Shown in pieces: positions 19,142-29,288 of a stretch of DNA of 64,000 bases. Origin of the DNA: Rhodospirillaceae bacterium (GTDB lineage: Bacteria; Pseudomonadota; Alphaproteobacteria; Rhodospirillales; UBA2165); NCBI GenBank assembly GCA_947467145.1, contig CANIGJ010000003.1:8128-72127 (forward strand), read 5' to 3'. The stretch's first letter is position 1; every line of letters begins with the position of its first letter. A program made the translations under genes and the position numbers. The notes under the pieces are model-generated. The model did no database searches, was not told the origin of the DNA, and saw nothing but the letters and a program-made list of their open reading frames with translations.

Positions 19142-20239
19142 ATGATCTACCGTTTTGTGACTGCTGCTGCTCTTGCCGTTTCCTGCTTGATCTCAACGGG
19201 GCCGGCGCGTGCGGCCGATGCGGTTGCCGACTTTTTCAAAGGCAAGACGGTCACGATCTCCATCGGCTATACGCCGGGCGGCGGCTACGACATCTATACG
19301 CGCTCGGTCGCGCGCTATATCGGCAAATATATTCCGGGCAATCCCAACGTCATTGTACAAAACATGCCGGGCGCCGGCTCGCGCGTGGCGGCTAACTGGC
19401 TCTATAACATCGCGCCGAAGGACGGCACGGCCTGGGCGGTGATCGGCGAAAACTCCGCGCTCGATCAGGCCTTGAAGGAAGAAGGCGTGAATTTCGATGT
19501 CGCGAAATTCAATTGGATCGGCAATCCCATCGCCGACACCAATATCAGCTTCATCAATGCCTCGACCGGGCTGACCAGCCTCGACGATGTGATCGCCAAG
19601 GGCGGCGCGATCTGCGGCGGCACGGGCGCCTCGTCACCTTCGATCCTGCAGCCGACGATCCTCAACAATCTGCTCAACGCCAAGATCAAGATCGTGACCG
19701 GTTATCCGGGCGGCGGCGACGTCAATCTGGCGATGGAGCGCAACGAGGTGAATTGCCGTGGCTCCAACAGCTGGGCGTCGACCAAATCGACCTTGCGCCA
19801 ATGGCTCGACGACAAGCGGATCAATGTCCTGGTGCAGTTCTCGGTGAAGAAAGATCCGACGATCTCGCAATATCAGGGCAAGGACGTGCCGATCATCACC
19901 GATCTCGCCAAGAACGAGACTGACCGCAAGGCGTTGGCGGCACTCGTCGCCGGCACCGCGTTCGGTCGTCCGATTCTGACCGCGCCGGGCGTGCCCGAGG
20001 CGCGCGTCGTCGCCATCCGCAAGGCGTTCGACGACACGATGAAGGATACGGACTTCCTGGCGGAAACCGCCAAAGCCCAGATGGATATCAATCCCATCGG
20101 CGGCGCGGAATTGCAAAAGGTCGCGCAAGCCTCGGTCGCCATCGACGATGCGGTGGTCAAGCGCGTGCGCGAGCTGATCCAGATCAAGGATCTGCAGGAT
20201 GCGCCGGCCCAGCCGAAGGGTGCGAAGAAGGGGGAGTAA
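19142..20239 (+). CDS. Bug/TctC-family periplasmic solute-binding protein (orphan)
   Basis: 365 aa with a signal peptide ending ARAAD. Bug-type N-terminus FFKGKTVTISIGYTPGGGYDIYTRSVARYIGKYIPGNPNVIVQNMPGAG. Confidence 0.75.
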   Translation: MIYRFVTAAALAVSCLISTGPARAADAVADFFKGKTVTISIGYTPGGGYDIYTRSVARYIGKYIPGNPNVIVQNMPGAGSRVAANWLYNIAPKDGTAWAVIGENSALDQALKEEGVNFDVAKFNWIGNPIADTNISFINASTGLTSLDDVIAKGGAICGGTGASSPSILQPTILNNLLNAKIKIVTGYPGGGDVNLAMERNEVNCRGSNSWASTKSTLRQWLDDKRINVLVQFSVKKDPTISQYQGKDVPIITDLAKNETDRKALAALVAGTAFGRPILTAPGVPEARVVAIRKAFDDTMKDTDFLAETAKAQMDINPIGGAELQKVAQASVAIDDAVVKRVRELIQIKDLQDAPAQPKGAKKGE

Positions 20240-20248
20240 CTCCCCCTT

Positions 20249-22645
20249 TTATCCCCGCAGCGTTCCGCCGGTCTGCTTCGTCACATTGGCGACGATCTTC
20301 TGCGACAGCGCATCGATCTCGGCTTCCGTGAGCGTTGCGTCCTTGGGCTGGATCGTCACCGTGACGGCAATCGATTTCTTGCCGGCCGGGATGTCCTTGC
20401 CTTCGAATACGTCGAACACGCCGGCATTGACGATCAGCGCCTTGTCGGCATTGGCCGCTGCGCGTGCGACCGCATCCGCCGCCACGCCGGCATCGACGAC
20501 GAAGGCGAAATCGCGCTCGAGCGGCTGCAAGGCCGCCAAATCGAGTTTCGGTTTCGCGTGCCCTCGCGCTTTCGGCAGCGGGATCGCGTCGAGATAAAGC
20601 TCGAACGCGACGATAGGCCCATCGACATCCATGGCTTTCAGGATGCGCGGATGGATCTCGCCGAACTGCGCGACCAGCATCGTGCCCATGTGCAAGGATC
20701 CTGAGCGGCCCGGATGATACCAATCGGCCGCACCGGCTTCGATCTTTAGCCCGCCCGGCGCATTCAATTGTTCGAGCAGTGCTTCGACATCGGCTTTCGC
20801 ATCGAAGGCATCGACTTTACGCGCCGGGTCCGACCAGTTGCGTGTGATCGCTTGGCCGGTGCGGATGCCGGTGGCGGCAATCGCCTGGCCTTGCGGCGTC
20901 TCGTCCTTATATTGCGGACCGACCTCGAAGAGTGCCACGTCGGAAATGCCGCGTGCCGCATTGCGTCCGGCCGCCGCGATCAGGTTCGGCAATAGGGACG
21001 GACGCATGACGTCGAGATCGGCGCTGATCGGATTGGTCAGGTGCAACGCCTTGGCGCCGCCGCCGAACAATGTCGCCTGATCGCCCTTGATGAAGGAATA
21101 GGTCACCGCTTCGGTCAGCCCGCGCGCTACCAGTGCGCGGCGTGCGCGGCCACGCCGTTCCTGCGCCAGGTTGACCGCACCGGTCGGCAAGGATGTGGTG
21201 CGCGTCAGCGAGACGGCAGGAATATTGTCGAAGCCGTTGATGCGGATGACTTCCTCGACCAGATCGGCTTCGCCGACGATATCGGCGCGCCACGACGGCA
21301 CGGCGGCATCCCAGCCGTCACCGGCTTTGGTCACGCCGAAGCCGAGATCGGTGAGGATCTTTTCGATCTTGTCGGCCGGCACATCGACGCCGCCCAGCGC
21401 TTTGACGCGACTGCTGCGCAGATGATAGCTGCGTTGCCATTTCGGTTCTTCGCCCGCGATGACAAGTTCGCTCGCCTCGCCGCCGCACACGCCGAGGATC
21501 AGGCTAGTCGCCAATTCGGTCGCATCGACGAGGAAGGCGGGATCGATGCCGCGCTCGAAACGATAACGCGCATCGGAAATGATGCCGAGCTTACGGCCCG
21601 TCATGGCAGTGCGCACCGGATCGAAATAGGCAGTTTCGAGGAATACGTTCGCCGTATTCTCCGACACACCCGATTCTTCGCCGCCCATCACACCGGCGAG
21701 ACCCTGCGGGACCTTATCGTCGGCGATGACGGTCATCTGATCGTCGAGCGTATAGGTCTTGCCGTCGAGCGCCTTCAGGCTCTCGCCGTTTTTGGCGAGG
21801 CGTGCATGCAGATCGCCCGAGACTTTATCCGCGTCGAATACATGCAGCGGACGGCAGTATGCGAGCGTCATCAGATTGGTGATATCGACGAGCGCCGAGA
21901 TCGGGCGCAGGCCGACGACCTTCAGCTTGTCGGCAAGCCAGGCGGGACTCGGCTTATTCTTCACGCCGCGGAAATAGCGCCCGACGAATTGCGGGCAGGC
22001 GTTTTTGGCGTCGGCAGCGAAATCCAGATGCACTTTGATTGGGCTTTGGAACTTGCCCTCGACCTTTTTCACCGCGAAGGGCTTCAGAGTGCCGATGCCG
22101 ACGGCGGCGAGATCGCGCGCAATGCCGCGCACGCCGAGGCAATCGGCGCGGTTCGGGGTTACCGAAATATCGAAAACCGGATCGTTGAGGCCCATGGCGG
22201 CGGCGGCGGGCGAACCGACAACCGTGCTTTCCGGCAATTCGACGATGCCGGCGTGATCGTCGCCGAGGCCCATTTCGCGCGCACTCAGCAACATGCCGTT
22301 CGACGTGATACCGCGGATCTTGGATTTCTTCAGCGTGATGCCGCTGCCCGGGATGTAGCTGCCGTCCTTGGCGAACACCACCTTGATGCCGGTGCGTGCA
22401 TTGGGTGCGCCACACACGACCTCGACACTACCCGTGCCGGTATCGACCTGACAGACGCGCAGACGATCGGCGTCGGGATGCTGCTTCGCATCGGTCACTT
22501 GGGCGACGACGAAGTCCTTCAAGGTCTCGGCCGGATTTTCGATGCTTTCGACCTCAAGCCCGACGCGCGTCAGGCCGTCGGCGATTTCCTGGATCGAAGC
22601 CGTGGTGTCCAGCTCCTTAAGGAGCCATTGCATGGAGAATTTCAT
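20249..22645 (-). CDS. pheT: phenylalanine--tRNA ligase beta subunit
   Basis: 798 aa with N-terminal [13 protein letters not shown]. tRNA-binding, B3/4, B5 and FDX-ACB order. The start shares one nt with the pheS stop (TGATG). Confidence 0.95.
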   Translation of the reverse strand: MKFSMQWLLKELDTTASIQEIADGLTRVGLEVESIENPAETLKDFVVAQVTDAKQHPDADRLRVCQVDTGTGSVEVVCGAPNARTGIKVVFAKDGSYIPGSGITLKKSKIRGITSNGMLLSAREMGLGDDHAGIVELPESTVVGSPAAAAMGLNDPVFDISVTPNRADCLGVRGIARDLAAVGIGTLKPFAVKKVEGKFQSPIKVHLDFAADAKNACPQFVGRYFRGVKNKPSPAWLADKLKVVGLRPISALVDITNLMTLAYCRPLHVFDADKVSGDLHARLAKNGESLKALDGKTYTLDDQMTVIADDKVPQGLAGVMGGEESGVSENTANVFLETAYFDPVRTAMTGRKLGIISDARYRFERGIDPAFLVDATELATSLILGVCGGEASELVIAGEEPKWQRSYHLRSSRVKALGGVDVPADKIEKILTDLGFGVTKAGDGWDAAVPSWRADIVGEADLVEEVIRINGFDNIPAVSLTRTTSLPTGAVNLAQERRGRARRALVARGLTEAVTYSFIKGDQATLFGGGAKALHLTNPISADLDVMRPSLLPNLIAAAGRNAARGISDVALFEVGPQYKDETPQGQAIAATGIRTGQAITRNWSDPARKVDAFDAKADVEALLEQLNAPGGLKIEAGAADWYHPGRSGSLHMGTMLVAQFGEIHPRILKAMDVDGPIVAFELYLDAIPLPKARGHAKPKLDLAALQPLERDFAFVVDAGVAADAVARAAANADKALIVNAGVFDVFEGKDIPAGKKSIAVTVTIQPKDATLTEAEIDALSQKIVANVTKQTGGTLRG

Positions 22646-23724
22646 CAGCGTGCCTTCGCGATCAGGCTGGGCACATCGAGCGCCGCGAAGCCGTAATGAT
22701 TGAGCCAGCGCACATCCGATTCATAAAACGTGCGCAGATCGGGAATGCCGTATTTCAACATCGAGATGCGTTCGATCCCCATGCCAAAGGCGAAGCCCTG
22801 GTATTTGGTGGAATCGATGCCGCAATTTTCCAGCACCTTCGGATTGACCATGCCGGAGCCGAGAATCTCCAACCAGCGATCGCCGGCGCCGATCTTCAAG
22901 GTGCCGTCGGCGAAGGAACAGCCGATGTCGACTTCGGCCGAGGGTTCAGTGAAGGGGAAATAGGACGGACGGAAGCGCACCGGCAGATCGTCAACACCGA
23001 AGAAGGCGCGGCAGAAATCGATCAGGCAGCCTTTGAGGTGACCCATATGCGTCGCCTCGTCGATCACCAGGCCTTCGACCTGATGGAACATCGGCGAGTG
23101 CGTCGCGTCATGATCGCAACGGAAGGTGCGGCCCGGCACGATAATGCGCAGCGGCGGCTTGGTGTTCTGCATGGTGCGGATCTGCACCGGCGAGGTATGC
23201 GTGCGCAGCAGCAGCGGCGCGCCGTCCTTCGGCGAGTTTGCATCCAGATAGAAGGTGTCGTGGTTCTGACGCGCCGGATGTTCGGGCGGAATGTTGAGCG
23301 CGGTAAAATTGAACCAGTCTTCTTCGATGTCCGGCCCTTCGGCGACGGTGAAACCCATCTCGCCGAAAATCGAAATGACCTCGTCGATGGTCTGGCTGAT
23401 CGGGTGGATTTTTCCGGTGCGGCTCGGGCGCGCCGGCAAGCTGATGTCGATCTTTTCGGCAGCGAGGCGTGAATCGATCGCGCTCTCTTCGAGCACCGCT
23501 TTGCGTGCATCGAGCGCCGCGCCGATCTCGTTCTTCAGCACGTTGAGCGCCTGGCCGGCGGTTTTGCGCGCTTCGCCGTCCATCTGGCCGAGGCCCTTGA
23601 GGAGCTGCGTGACGCGGCCGTTGCGACCCAGCACGTCGATGCGCACGGCTTCGAGGGCGGCGAGATCGGCGGCGCCGGCAACCTGCGCCAGCACGTCGGC
23701 CTTCAATTTATCTAGATCGTCCAT
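22645..23724 (-). CDS. pheS: phenylalanine--tRNA ligase alpha subunit
   Basis: 359 aa with class II motifs ([32 protein letters not shown]). Confidence 0.95.
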   Translation of the reverse strand: MDDLDKLKADVLAQVAGAADLAALEAVRIDVLGRNGRVTQLLKGLGQMDGEARKTAGQALNVLKNEIGAALDARKAVLEESAIDSRLAAEKIDISLPARPSRTGKIHPISQTIDEVISIFGEMGFTVAEGPDIEEDWFNFTALNIPPEHPARQNHDTFYLDANSPKDGAPLLLRTHTSPVQIRTMQNTKPPLRIIVPGRTFRCDHDATHSPMFHQVEGLVIDEATHMGHLKGCLIDFCRAFFGVDDLPVRFRPSYFPFTEPSAEVDIGCSFADGTLKIGAGDRWLEILGSGMVNPKVLENCGIDSTKYQGFAFGMGIERISMLKYGIPDLRTFYESDVRWLNHYGFAALDVPSLIAKAR

Positions 23725-23764
23725 CTATGTGCCTGTGTGGAGGTCTGCAAAAAAAGAAAAGGGC

Positions 23765-23800
23765 CACAAAAAAGGGGGTTGGCCGTTAGGCCACCCCCTT
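23765..23800 (-). terminator. rho-independent terminator between rplT and pheS
   Basis: Minus strand: AAGGGGGTGGCC-TAAC-GGCCAACCCCCTT followed by TTTTTGTG. It begins 31 nt after the rplT stop. Confidence 0.7.
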
Positions 23801-23831
23801 CTCAGTCCGAAGATTCGGAAACTCAGATCGC

Positions 23832-24197
23832 TTAAGCGGACTTGGCGAGGGCGGATTGAGCCTGTTCAACCAAGCTTTTAAACGACTCGGGTTCGCGCGT
23901 CGCCAGATCCGACAGGATCTTACGATCGACCTCAATCCCGGCCTTGATCAGGCCGTTGATGAACTGCGAGTAGGTGAGACCGTGTTCGCGCGCACCGGCG
24001 TTGATGCGCTGGATCCACAATGCACGGAAGTCGCGCTTACGGACGCGACGATCGCGATAGGAATACTGCAGCGCCTTTTCCAGGCGTTCCTTGGCGATAC
24101 GGTAGTTGTTATTCGAGCGACCACGGAAGCCCTTGGACTTCGCGAGAAGCTTCTTGCGGCGTGCGCGCGAGGCGACGGACGGTTTTGAGCGTGCCAT
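23832..24197 (-). CDS. rplT: 50S ribosomal protein L20
   Basis: 121 aa: [37 protein letters not shown]... Confidence 0.95.
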   Translation of the reverse strand: MARSKPSVASRARRKKLLAKSKGFRGRSNNNYRIAKERLEKALQYSYRDRRVRKRDFRALWIQRINAGAREHGLTYSQFINGLIKAGIEVDRKILSDLATREPESFKSLVEQAQSALAKSA

Positions 24198-24202
24198 GTC
24201 TG

Positions 24203-24406
24203 TTAGCTCCGGTGATAGGGCATGTATTTCATGACGAGGCTCGTATCGCCCGGCTGCAGGATCGTGGTCCCGCGGGCTTTACGCTTCATCTTCTGCGTAC
24301 GCTTACGCAGATTGTGCCGTTTGCCGGAGACACCGACCTTAACGCGGCCGGAGGCCGTTACACGGAAGCGCTTTTTCGCTCCCGATTTGGTCTTCATTTT
24401 GGGCAT
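24203..24406 (-). CDS. rpmI: 50S ribosomal protein L35
   Basis: Last 67 codons of track ORF 24203..25033: [46 protein letters not shown]... Confidence 0.9.
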   Translation of the reverse strand: MPKMKTKSGAKKRFRVTASGRVKVGVSGKRHNLRKRTQKMKRKARGTTILQPGDTSLVMKYMPYHRS

Positions 24407-24493
24407 TCTATCCTCACATCTTAGTTCGCGCGGGTGGGCTGCCCTGGACCGAACGCACTCGCGCCTATCCTGCCCGTACCGCTGGGAGGCGGG

Positions 24494-24522
24494 TTTATAG
24501 CGATCCAGGGTGGGGTTGGCAA
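24494..24522 (-). promoter_or_regulatory. sigma70-like promoter candidate for rpmI-rplT
   Basis: Minus strand: TTGCCA (24522-24517), 17 nt, TATAAA (24499-24494). This leaves a GC-rich 5-prime UTR of roughly 85 nt. Confidence 0.35.
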
Positions 24523-24631
24523 GCGGCTGCCGGGGCGGATTTAGGCCGATTTCCGGCCCTGGGCGGGGTGATCCACCGATAGCGCCCGGGCGTAAATAAC
24601 ATAACAGCATCAAGTATTTCCGGAGAAAGCC

Positions 24632-25045
24632 ATGGATTCGGGCGGTACCTTCGAAAAACGGGTCCTGCAGGCCGCCGTGGCGCTGAGCTGCCTGGTCCCG
24701 CTCGCGGCGGGGCTGTCGGGCATGATCCTGGGGCCGTACCTGTCCGGCGGTCTTGTATCGGTCCCCACCGACCTGGACAGCCATTTTCGTTATCTTTCCG
24801 GCCTGTTGTTCGCCATCGGGCTCGGGTTTTTGTCGACCGTGCCCCGGATCGAGCACCAGCGGGCCCGGTTTTTGGGGCTGACCGGCATTGTGGTCGTGGG
24901 CGGCTTGGGCCGTTTGGCGTCGGTTGCAGCCCTCGGGCTGCCCCCGGCCGTCTCTATGAAAGCGGCCCTGGTGATGGAATTGCTGGTCACCCCAGCGCTC
25001 TGTTTGTGGCAGGCGCGGATCGCGCGCCGCCATATTTCGAGCTGA
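24632..25045 (+). CDS. DUF4345-like small membrane protein
   Basis: 137 aa with four TM helices. The pattern [18 protein letters not shown] recalls DUF4345. Confidence 0.45.
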   Translation: MDSGGTFEKRVLQAAVALSCLVPLAAGLSGMILGPYLSGGLVSVPTDLDSHFRYLSGLLFAIGLGFLSTVPRIEHQRARFLGLTGIVVVGGLGRLASVAALGLPPAVSMKAALVMELLVTPALCLWQARIARRHISS

Positions 25046-25086
25046 AACGAAAAAGCCCCGCCCTGTCGCCAGGGTGGGGCCTTTCG
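25044..25086. terminator. bidirectional terminator hairpin between convergent genes
   Basis: GCCCCGCCCTG (25055-25065), TCGC, CAGGGTGGGGC (25070-25080). The minus-strand side is followed by CTTTTTCGTTTC and the plus-strand side by CTTTCG. Confidence 0.65.
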
Positions 25087-25126
25087 ACCACGCGGTGGTG
25101 CCGTGTGGATCTACCTAGGTAGCCAA

Positions 25127-25657
25127 TTACTTCTTGGCGCCCTTGGGTTCAGCTGCCGGCGCGGCCGGGGCGGCATCCGGTCCGCGACGCGGGCCACGCA
25201 TGTCGTCTTTGTTCAGCTTGCCGTCATTGTTGTGATCGCGCATCTCGACGATCTTGCTGGTCGGCTTGCTGTACTCCTCGCCGGTGACGATAGCGTCGCC
25301 GTTGGTATCGAGGCGCTGGAAGTCGCGCACCATCTGCAGGCGATGAGCGTCGAGCCACAGGGCTTCATATTCCTTGAGGTCGAGCTTGCCGTCCTTGTTG
25401 GCGTCGAACTTGGTCAGGCGGTCCTTGCGGGCCTGATCGATCTCGGCCTGGGTCAGGCTGCCATCCTTATTGGTGTCGTACTGTTCCATGAAGGCCTGGC
25501 GATCCATCATGCCCGGGCCGCCGCGATGGTGCTCGCCGTGATGCGGGCGACGATGGTCGTCGCCTCCGTCACGGGCGCGGACGGTGCCGGCGATGGCAGC
25601 GCTGCCGACGATGGCGGCGATGCCGGCGATCAAAACAGTTTTAGTGGTACGGTTCAT
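25127..25657 (-). CDS. secreted EF-hand calcium-binding protein with His-rich N-terminal segment
   Basis: 176 aa with an N-terminal anchor or signal. Four EF-hand loops: DTNKDGSLTQAE, DANKDGKLDLKE, DTNGDAIVTGEE, DHNNDGKLNKDD. Preceded by HRRPHHGEHHRGGPG. Confidence 0.75.
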   Translation of the reverse strand: MNRTTKTVLIAGIAAIVGSAAIAGTVRARDGGDDHRRPHHGEHHRGGPGMMDRQAFMEQYDTNKDGSLTQAEIDQARKDRLTKFDANKDGKLDLKEYEALWLDAHRLQMVRDFQRLDTNGDAIVTGEEYSKPTSKIVEMRDHNNDGKLNKDDMRGPRRGPDAAPAAPAAEPKGAKK

Positions 25658-25831
25658 TTCTGGTGCGCCTCCTAGCGCGGTTGGTATGACTAGGAGACTA
25701 CTGCCCGGGTCGGCGAAAATTATGTCCGCAAACCCGTCAAAGTGTCGCGGGCCATGGCATGAAGGCTGGCCTGATACAGTCTGTTACAATTAAAACCAAC
25801 GCGAACTCGTCTCGCCCGGCAAAATGGATTC

Positions 25832-26557
25832 ATGGACGCACAACAACCTCATCTGCTGATCGTCGACGACGACCGCGAAATCCGGGAATCGCTCTCGCGC
25901 TATCTCATCAAGAACGGCTATCGCGTATCGGCCGCCGATGGCGGGCCGGCGATGAAGCGCGTGCTCGCCGCCGGCGCGATCGATCTTGTCATCCTCGATG
26001 TCATGATGCCGGGCGAAGACGGCCTGACGCTCTGCTGCTTCTTGCGTGAAACCACGCGTCTGCCCATCGTTATGCTGACGGCGGTGGGTGAACAGACCGA
26101 CCGTATCATCGGCCTTGAGATGGGCGCCGACGACTACATCGTGAAGCCGTTCAATCCGCGCGAGCTGCTGGCGCGCATCCGGGCCGTGATCCGCCGCACG
26201 CACAGCCTGCCACCCGAACAGACGACGCCCGCCAGCGGCCTCGTCAAGTTCGCCGGACTCGCGCTCGATATGGCGCGCCATGAACTGACCGGAACCGACG
26301 GCGTCGCGATGCCGCTGTCGCAGGGCGAGTTCACGCTTTTGATGGCGTTCATCGATCATCCGGGCCGCGTGCTGACGCGCGATCAATTGCTCGATCTCAC
26401 GCGCGGCCGCGCCGCCATCCCGTTCGACCGTTCGATCGACAATCAGGTCAGCCGTCTGCGCCGCAAGATTGAACCCGATCCCAAATCGCCAACCTTGATC
26501 CAAACGGTATGGGGCGGCGGCTATCGCTTCACGCCAGATGTCGAGCGCAGCGAATAA
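25832..26557 (+). CDS. OmpR-family response regulator
   Basis: 241 aa. Receiver domain (LLIVDDD, DLVILDVMMPGEDG) plus winged-helix domain (LTRDQLLD...VWGGGYRF). Confidence 0.9.
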   Translation: MDAQQPHLLIVDDDREIRESLSRYLIKNGYRVSAADGGPAMKRVLAAGAIDLVILDVMMPGEDGLTLCCFLRETTRLPIVMLTAVGEQTDRIIGLEMGADDYIVKPFNPRELLARIRAVIRRTHSLPPEQTTPASGLVKFAGLALDMARHELTGTDGVAMPLSQGEFTLLMAFIDHPGRVLTRDQLLDLTRGRAAIPFDRSIDNQVSRLRRKIEPDPKSPTLIQTVWGGGYRFTPDVERSE

Positions 26558-28011
26558 TGCATTTTCTAAAACGCCTTTGGCCGCAAAGCCTCGCCGGACA
26601 ATTGGTCGTCTTCCTGTTGACGGCCATCGTGCTGGCGCAAGCGGTCGCCTTCATCGTTGTCACCGACGAGCGTCGTATCGCGGTCGAACGCACGACGCGC
26701 GATCAGGTCGTGGCGCGCACGGTCGATTTCGCGCGCCTGGTCGCTGAAAGCCCGATCGATCTGCAAAACCGTATGATGCGCAATGCCTCGGACCGCCGCC
26801 TGCGCTTCGACGTTTCGGATACGAGCATTCTCAGCCGCGAGGATTTCGACGAACGCGATAACGTGCTGGAGCGGCGCATCGCCGACGAGCTGGGATCGCT
26901 CGCCCGCGAAGTGCGCGTGGTCTACGAAACTGAAGGCCTCGGCGCCTGGTTTCGCGGGGCGAAAAAAGGCGAGCCGAAAATCGAAGGCAAAGGACCTGGC
27001 CCGCAAGGCTCTGTTGGTGGGCCGCCACGCGGCGGACCGGCGTTTCGCGATTTCGTCGGCCTGACCATTTCCATCAATTTGGCGCCGGGCACAACATCGG
27101 GCGGGCGCTGGCTGAACATGCGCACGCTGGTGCGCACCCAGCCGCCGACCTTCGAAGGCCTGGCTTTGGCCTCCGTGATCGCGACCGCGGCGGTGCTGGT
27201 GATCATCGTCGTCTTCACGGTGCGGCGCACGACGCGGCCGTTGCGCGAACTTGCGGGTGCTGCCGAACGGTTCGGGCGTGGCGAGGCGGTGGCGCCGCTG
27301 TCAGAACACGGGCCGTCGGATGTGCGCCAGACCGTCGTGGCCTTCAACGCCATGCAGGATCGCCTGAAACGTTTCGTCGACGATCGTACGCGCATGCTGG
27401 CCGCCATTTCACACGATCTGCGCACACCGATCACCTCGCTGCGCCTGCGCGCCGAGATGGTCGACGATGCCGAGACGCGCGAAGCGATGATGCGCACCTT
27501 GGCCGATATGCAAACGATGGTCGAAGCCACGCTTTCTTTCGCCAAGGATGAGGCGACAGCGGAAGCGACCCGTACGGTCGATCTGGCTGCCCTGCTCGAC
27601 AGCCTGTGCGACGACCTGGCCGCCATCGGCAAGGACGTGACCTTCAGCGAAAGCGATGAGAAGCTGGCGATTGCCTGCCGGCCGACCGCGTTGGGCCGTG
27701 CGTTGCGCAATCTGATCGAGAACGCGGTGAATTACGGTGTTGCCGCGCGTGTCGCGGTGCGGCGCGCAGACGATGCCGTCGTGATCGAAATCGACGACGA
27801 CGGTCCGGGTATCGCCGAAGCCGACCGCGCGCGTGTGTTCGAGCCGTTCATTCGTTTGGAAACCTCGCGCAGTAAACAGACCGGCGGCATCGGCTTGGGG
27901 CTGTCCATCGCGCGCACGATCATCCACGCCCATGGCGGTGAGATCGCGTTGGTCAATCGTGCGGAAGGCGGCCTGCGCGCGACCGTGACCTTGCCGACGG
28001 CGAAAGTCTGA
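26557..28011 (+). CDS. sensor histidine kinase (partner of the OmpR-type regulator)
   Basis: Start ATG 26557 overlaps the regulator stop (TAATG). Two TM helices flank a ~190-aa periplasmic domain. H-box ISHDLRTPITSL, N-box NLIENAVNYG, G-boxes DDDGPGI and GGIGLGLSI. Confidence 0.85.
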   Translation: MHFLKRLWPQSLAGQLVVFLLTAIVLAQAVAFIVVTDERRIAVERTTRDQVVARTVDFARLVAESPIDLQNRMMRNASDRRLRFDVSDTSILSREDFDERDNVLERRIADELGSLAREVRVVYETEGLGAWFRGAKKGEPKIEGKGPGPQGSVGGPPRGGPAFRDFVGLTISINLAPGTTSGGRWLNMRTLVRTQPPTFEGLALASVIATAAVLVIIVVFTVRRTTRPLRELAGAAERFGRGEAVAPLSEHGPSDVRQTVVAFNAMQDRLKRFVDDRTRMLAAISHDLRTPITSLRLRAEMVDDAETREAMMRTLADMQTMVEATLSFAKDEATAEATRTVDLAALLDSLCDDLAAIGKDVTFSESDEKLAIACRPTALGRALRNLIENAVNYGVAARVAVRRADDAVVIEIDDDGPGIAEADRARVFEPFIRLETSRSKQTGGIGLGLSIARTIIHAHGGEIALVNRAEGGLRATVTLPTAKV

Positions 28012-28014
28012 ACG

Positions 28015-29268
28015 TCAAAGGGCCGGCGGGATCTCGCGGCGCTTACGGATCAGGTGGCGGATATTGATAGCCGTCAGCATGATCACGACGGCCGCGCCGG
28101 TGCCCACGGCGATCTGCAGGCCGACATATTCCGCGATCCATCCCAGAACAAGCGAGCCCAACGCCGGCGTGCCGACCTGGAACGCCATATTCAGGCTGAC
28201 CACGCGGCCGCGATAGTTCGTATCGACATATTGTTGGATCAGTGTTGCGTTCGAGATCCCGGTGGTCGTCGCAAGGCCGCCGACGAAGAACAGGCAGATC
28301 AATCCGACCCAATATTGAGCCGTTGTCGTGAACAGCAGCAGCATGATCGCCGAGCCGATCATGCCGATCGCGAACGAATAGACGAGCCAGCGCTCGCGCG
28401 AATACATGGTGAGCAGGATCGAAAAGATCAGCGCGCCGACGCCGGATGCAGCGAGTAGGCTGGCCAGACCTTGTTCGTCGCGCCCGAAGACCTGCACGGC
28501 GAACCCCGGCATCAGATCGATATAGGGTCGCACGAGGAGCGAGGCCGCCACCTGCAGGCCGATGATCCACGGAATGACGGGATGACGCAGGGTGTAGGTG
28601 ACGCCCGTGGCGATATCACCGAATAGCCCGCTGAACTTCACGTCGCGGAGCGGCGGTTCGTTGGCCGGGATGCGGAACAGCGAACCGGTCATCCAGGCAT
28701 AGGTGCAGATGGCGCTGGCAAAGGCGAGCTGCGGCCCGCCGAGCGTCAGCAGGATGCCGGCAAACAACGGGCCGGTGAAAAACGCCATGTTGAACACGGC
28801 CCAATTCAGCGCCATGCCTTCGGTGAAGGCGTCGCGCGGCAGTAAAGACGGCACCAACGCCTGGCGCGACGGGAACTCAAACGCGACGCAAACCGCCAGC
28901 ACTATAACGAGCGAGAACAGCAAAATCGGCGTCATGAGGTGCAGTGCGGCCAGCACGGTCGTGCAGACCATGACACACATCCCGCTGGCGGTCGCCAGCA
29001 CCGCGGTGCGGCGATGACCGATGCGGTCGCAGACGGCACCGGCGATGGGACTGAGGATGAGGGAAGGTGCCGCGATCGCGAAGCCGATGGCGCCGAGCCA
29101 AGCTGGCGAGCCGGTCATATCGAAAATCATCCAGCCGGCCGCGACGCGGTGTAGCCAGATGCCCTGGACGTGCGGAAGTTGTCCGATCCAGTACAGCCGA
29201 TACGGTCGGCTCGCCAACGCACGCCGGGCACCAGCGAAGGGTGCGGCGAGGCGGGCGAGCCAACTCAT
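28015..29268 (-). CDS. MFS transporter (EntS/MFS_3-like)
   Basis: 417 aa, 12-TM profile, with N-terminal YRLYWIGQLPHVQGIWLHRVAAGWMIF. Confidence 0.7.
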   Translation of the reverse strand: MSWLARLAAPFAGARRALASRPYRLYWIGQLPHVQGIWLHRVAAGWMIFDMTGSPAWLGAIGFAIAAPSLILSPIAGAVCDRIGHRRTAVLATASGMCVMVCTTVLAALHLMTPILLFSLVIVLAVCVAFEFPSRQALVPSLLPRDAFTEGMALNWAVFNMAFFTGPLFAGILLTLGGPQLAFASAICTYAWMTGSLFRIPANEPPLRDVKFSGLFGDIATGVTYTLRHPVIPWIIGLQVAASLLVRPYIDLMPGFAVQVFGRDEQGLASLLAASGVGALIFSILLTMYSRERWLVYSFAIGMIGSAIMLLLFTTTAQYWVGLICLFFVGGLATTTGISNATLIQQYVDTNYRGRVVSLNMAFQVGTPALGSLVLGWIAEYVGLQIAVGTGAAVVIMLTAINIRHLIRKRREIPPAL

Positions 29269-29288
29269 ATCAATTCAGGAAACGCGCT

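Noticed and set aside
23708-23767. Phe-rich mini-ORF ([21 protein letters not shown]) between the rplT terminator and pheS. It looks tempting as a pheM-like leader.
   Set aside because: Its Phe codons are simply the terminator T tract and an adjacent T run. It lies after the hairpin rather than before it, has no SD, starts at GTG and overlaps the pheS start out of frame. It cannot work as an attenuation leader.
24203-25033. 276-aa ORF, along with other over-extended track ORFs: 8665, 11531, 18135, 37461, 37064, 45850, 55909, 26509 and 50039.
   Set aside because: In each case only the distal part carries family motifs. An internal start with an SD or stop/start coupling fits better. The extensions are low-complexity and overlap neighbouring genes or promoters.
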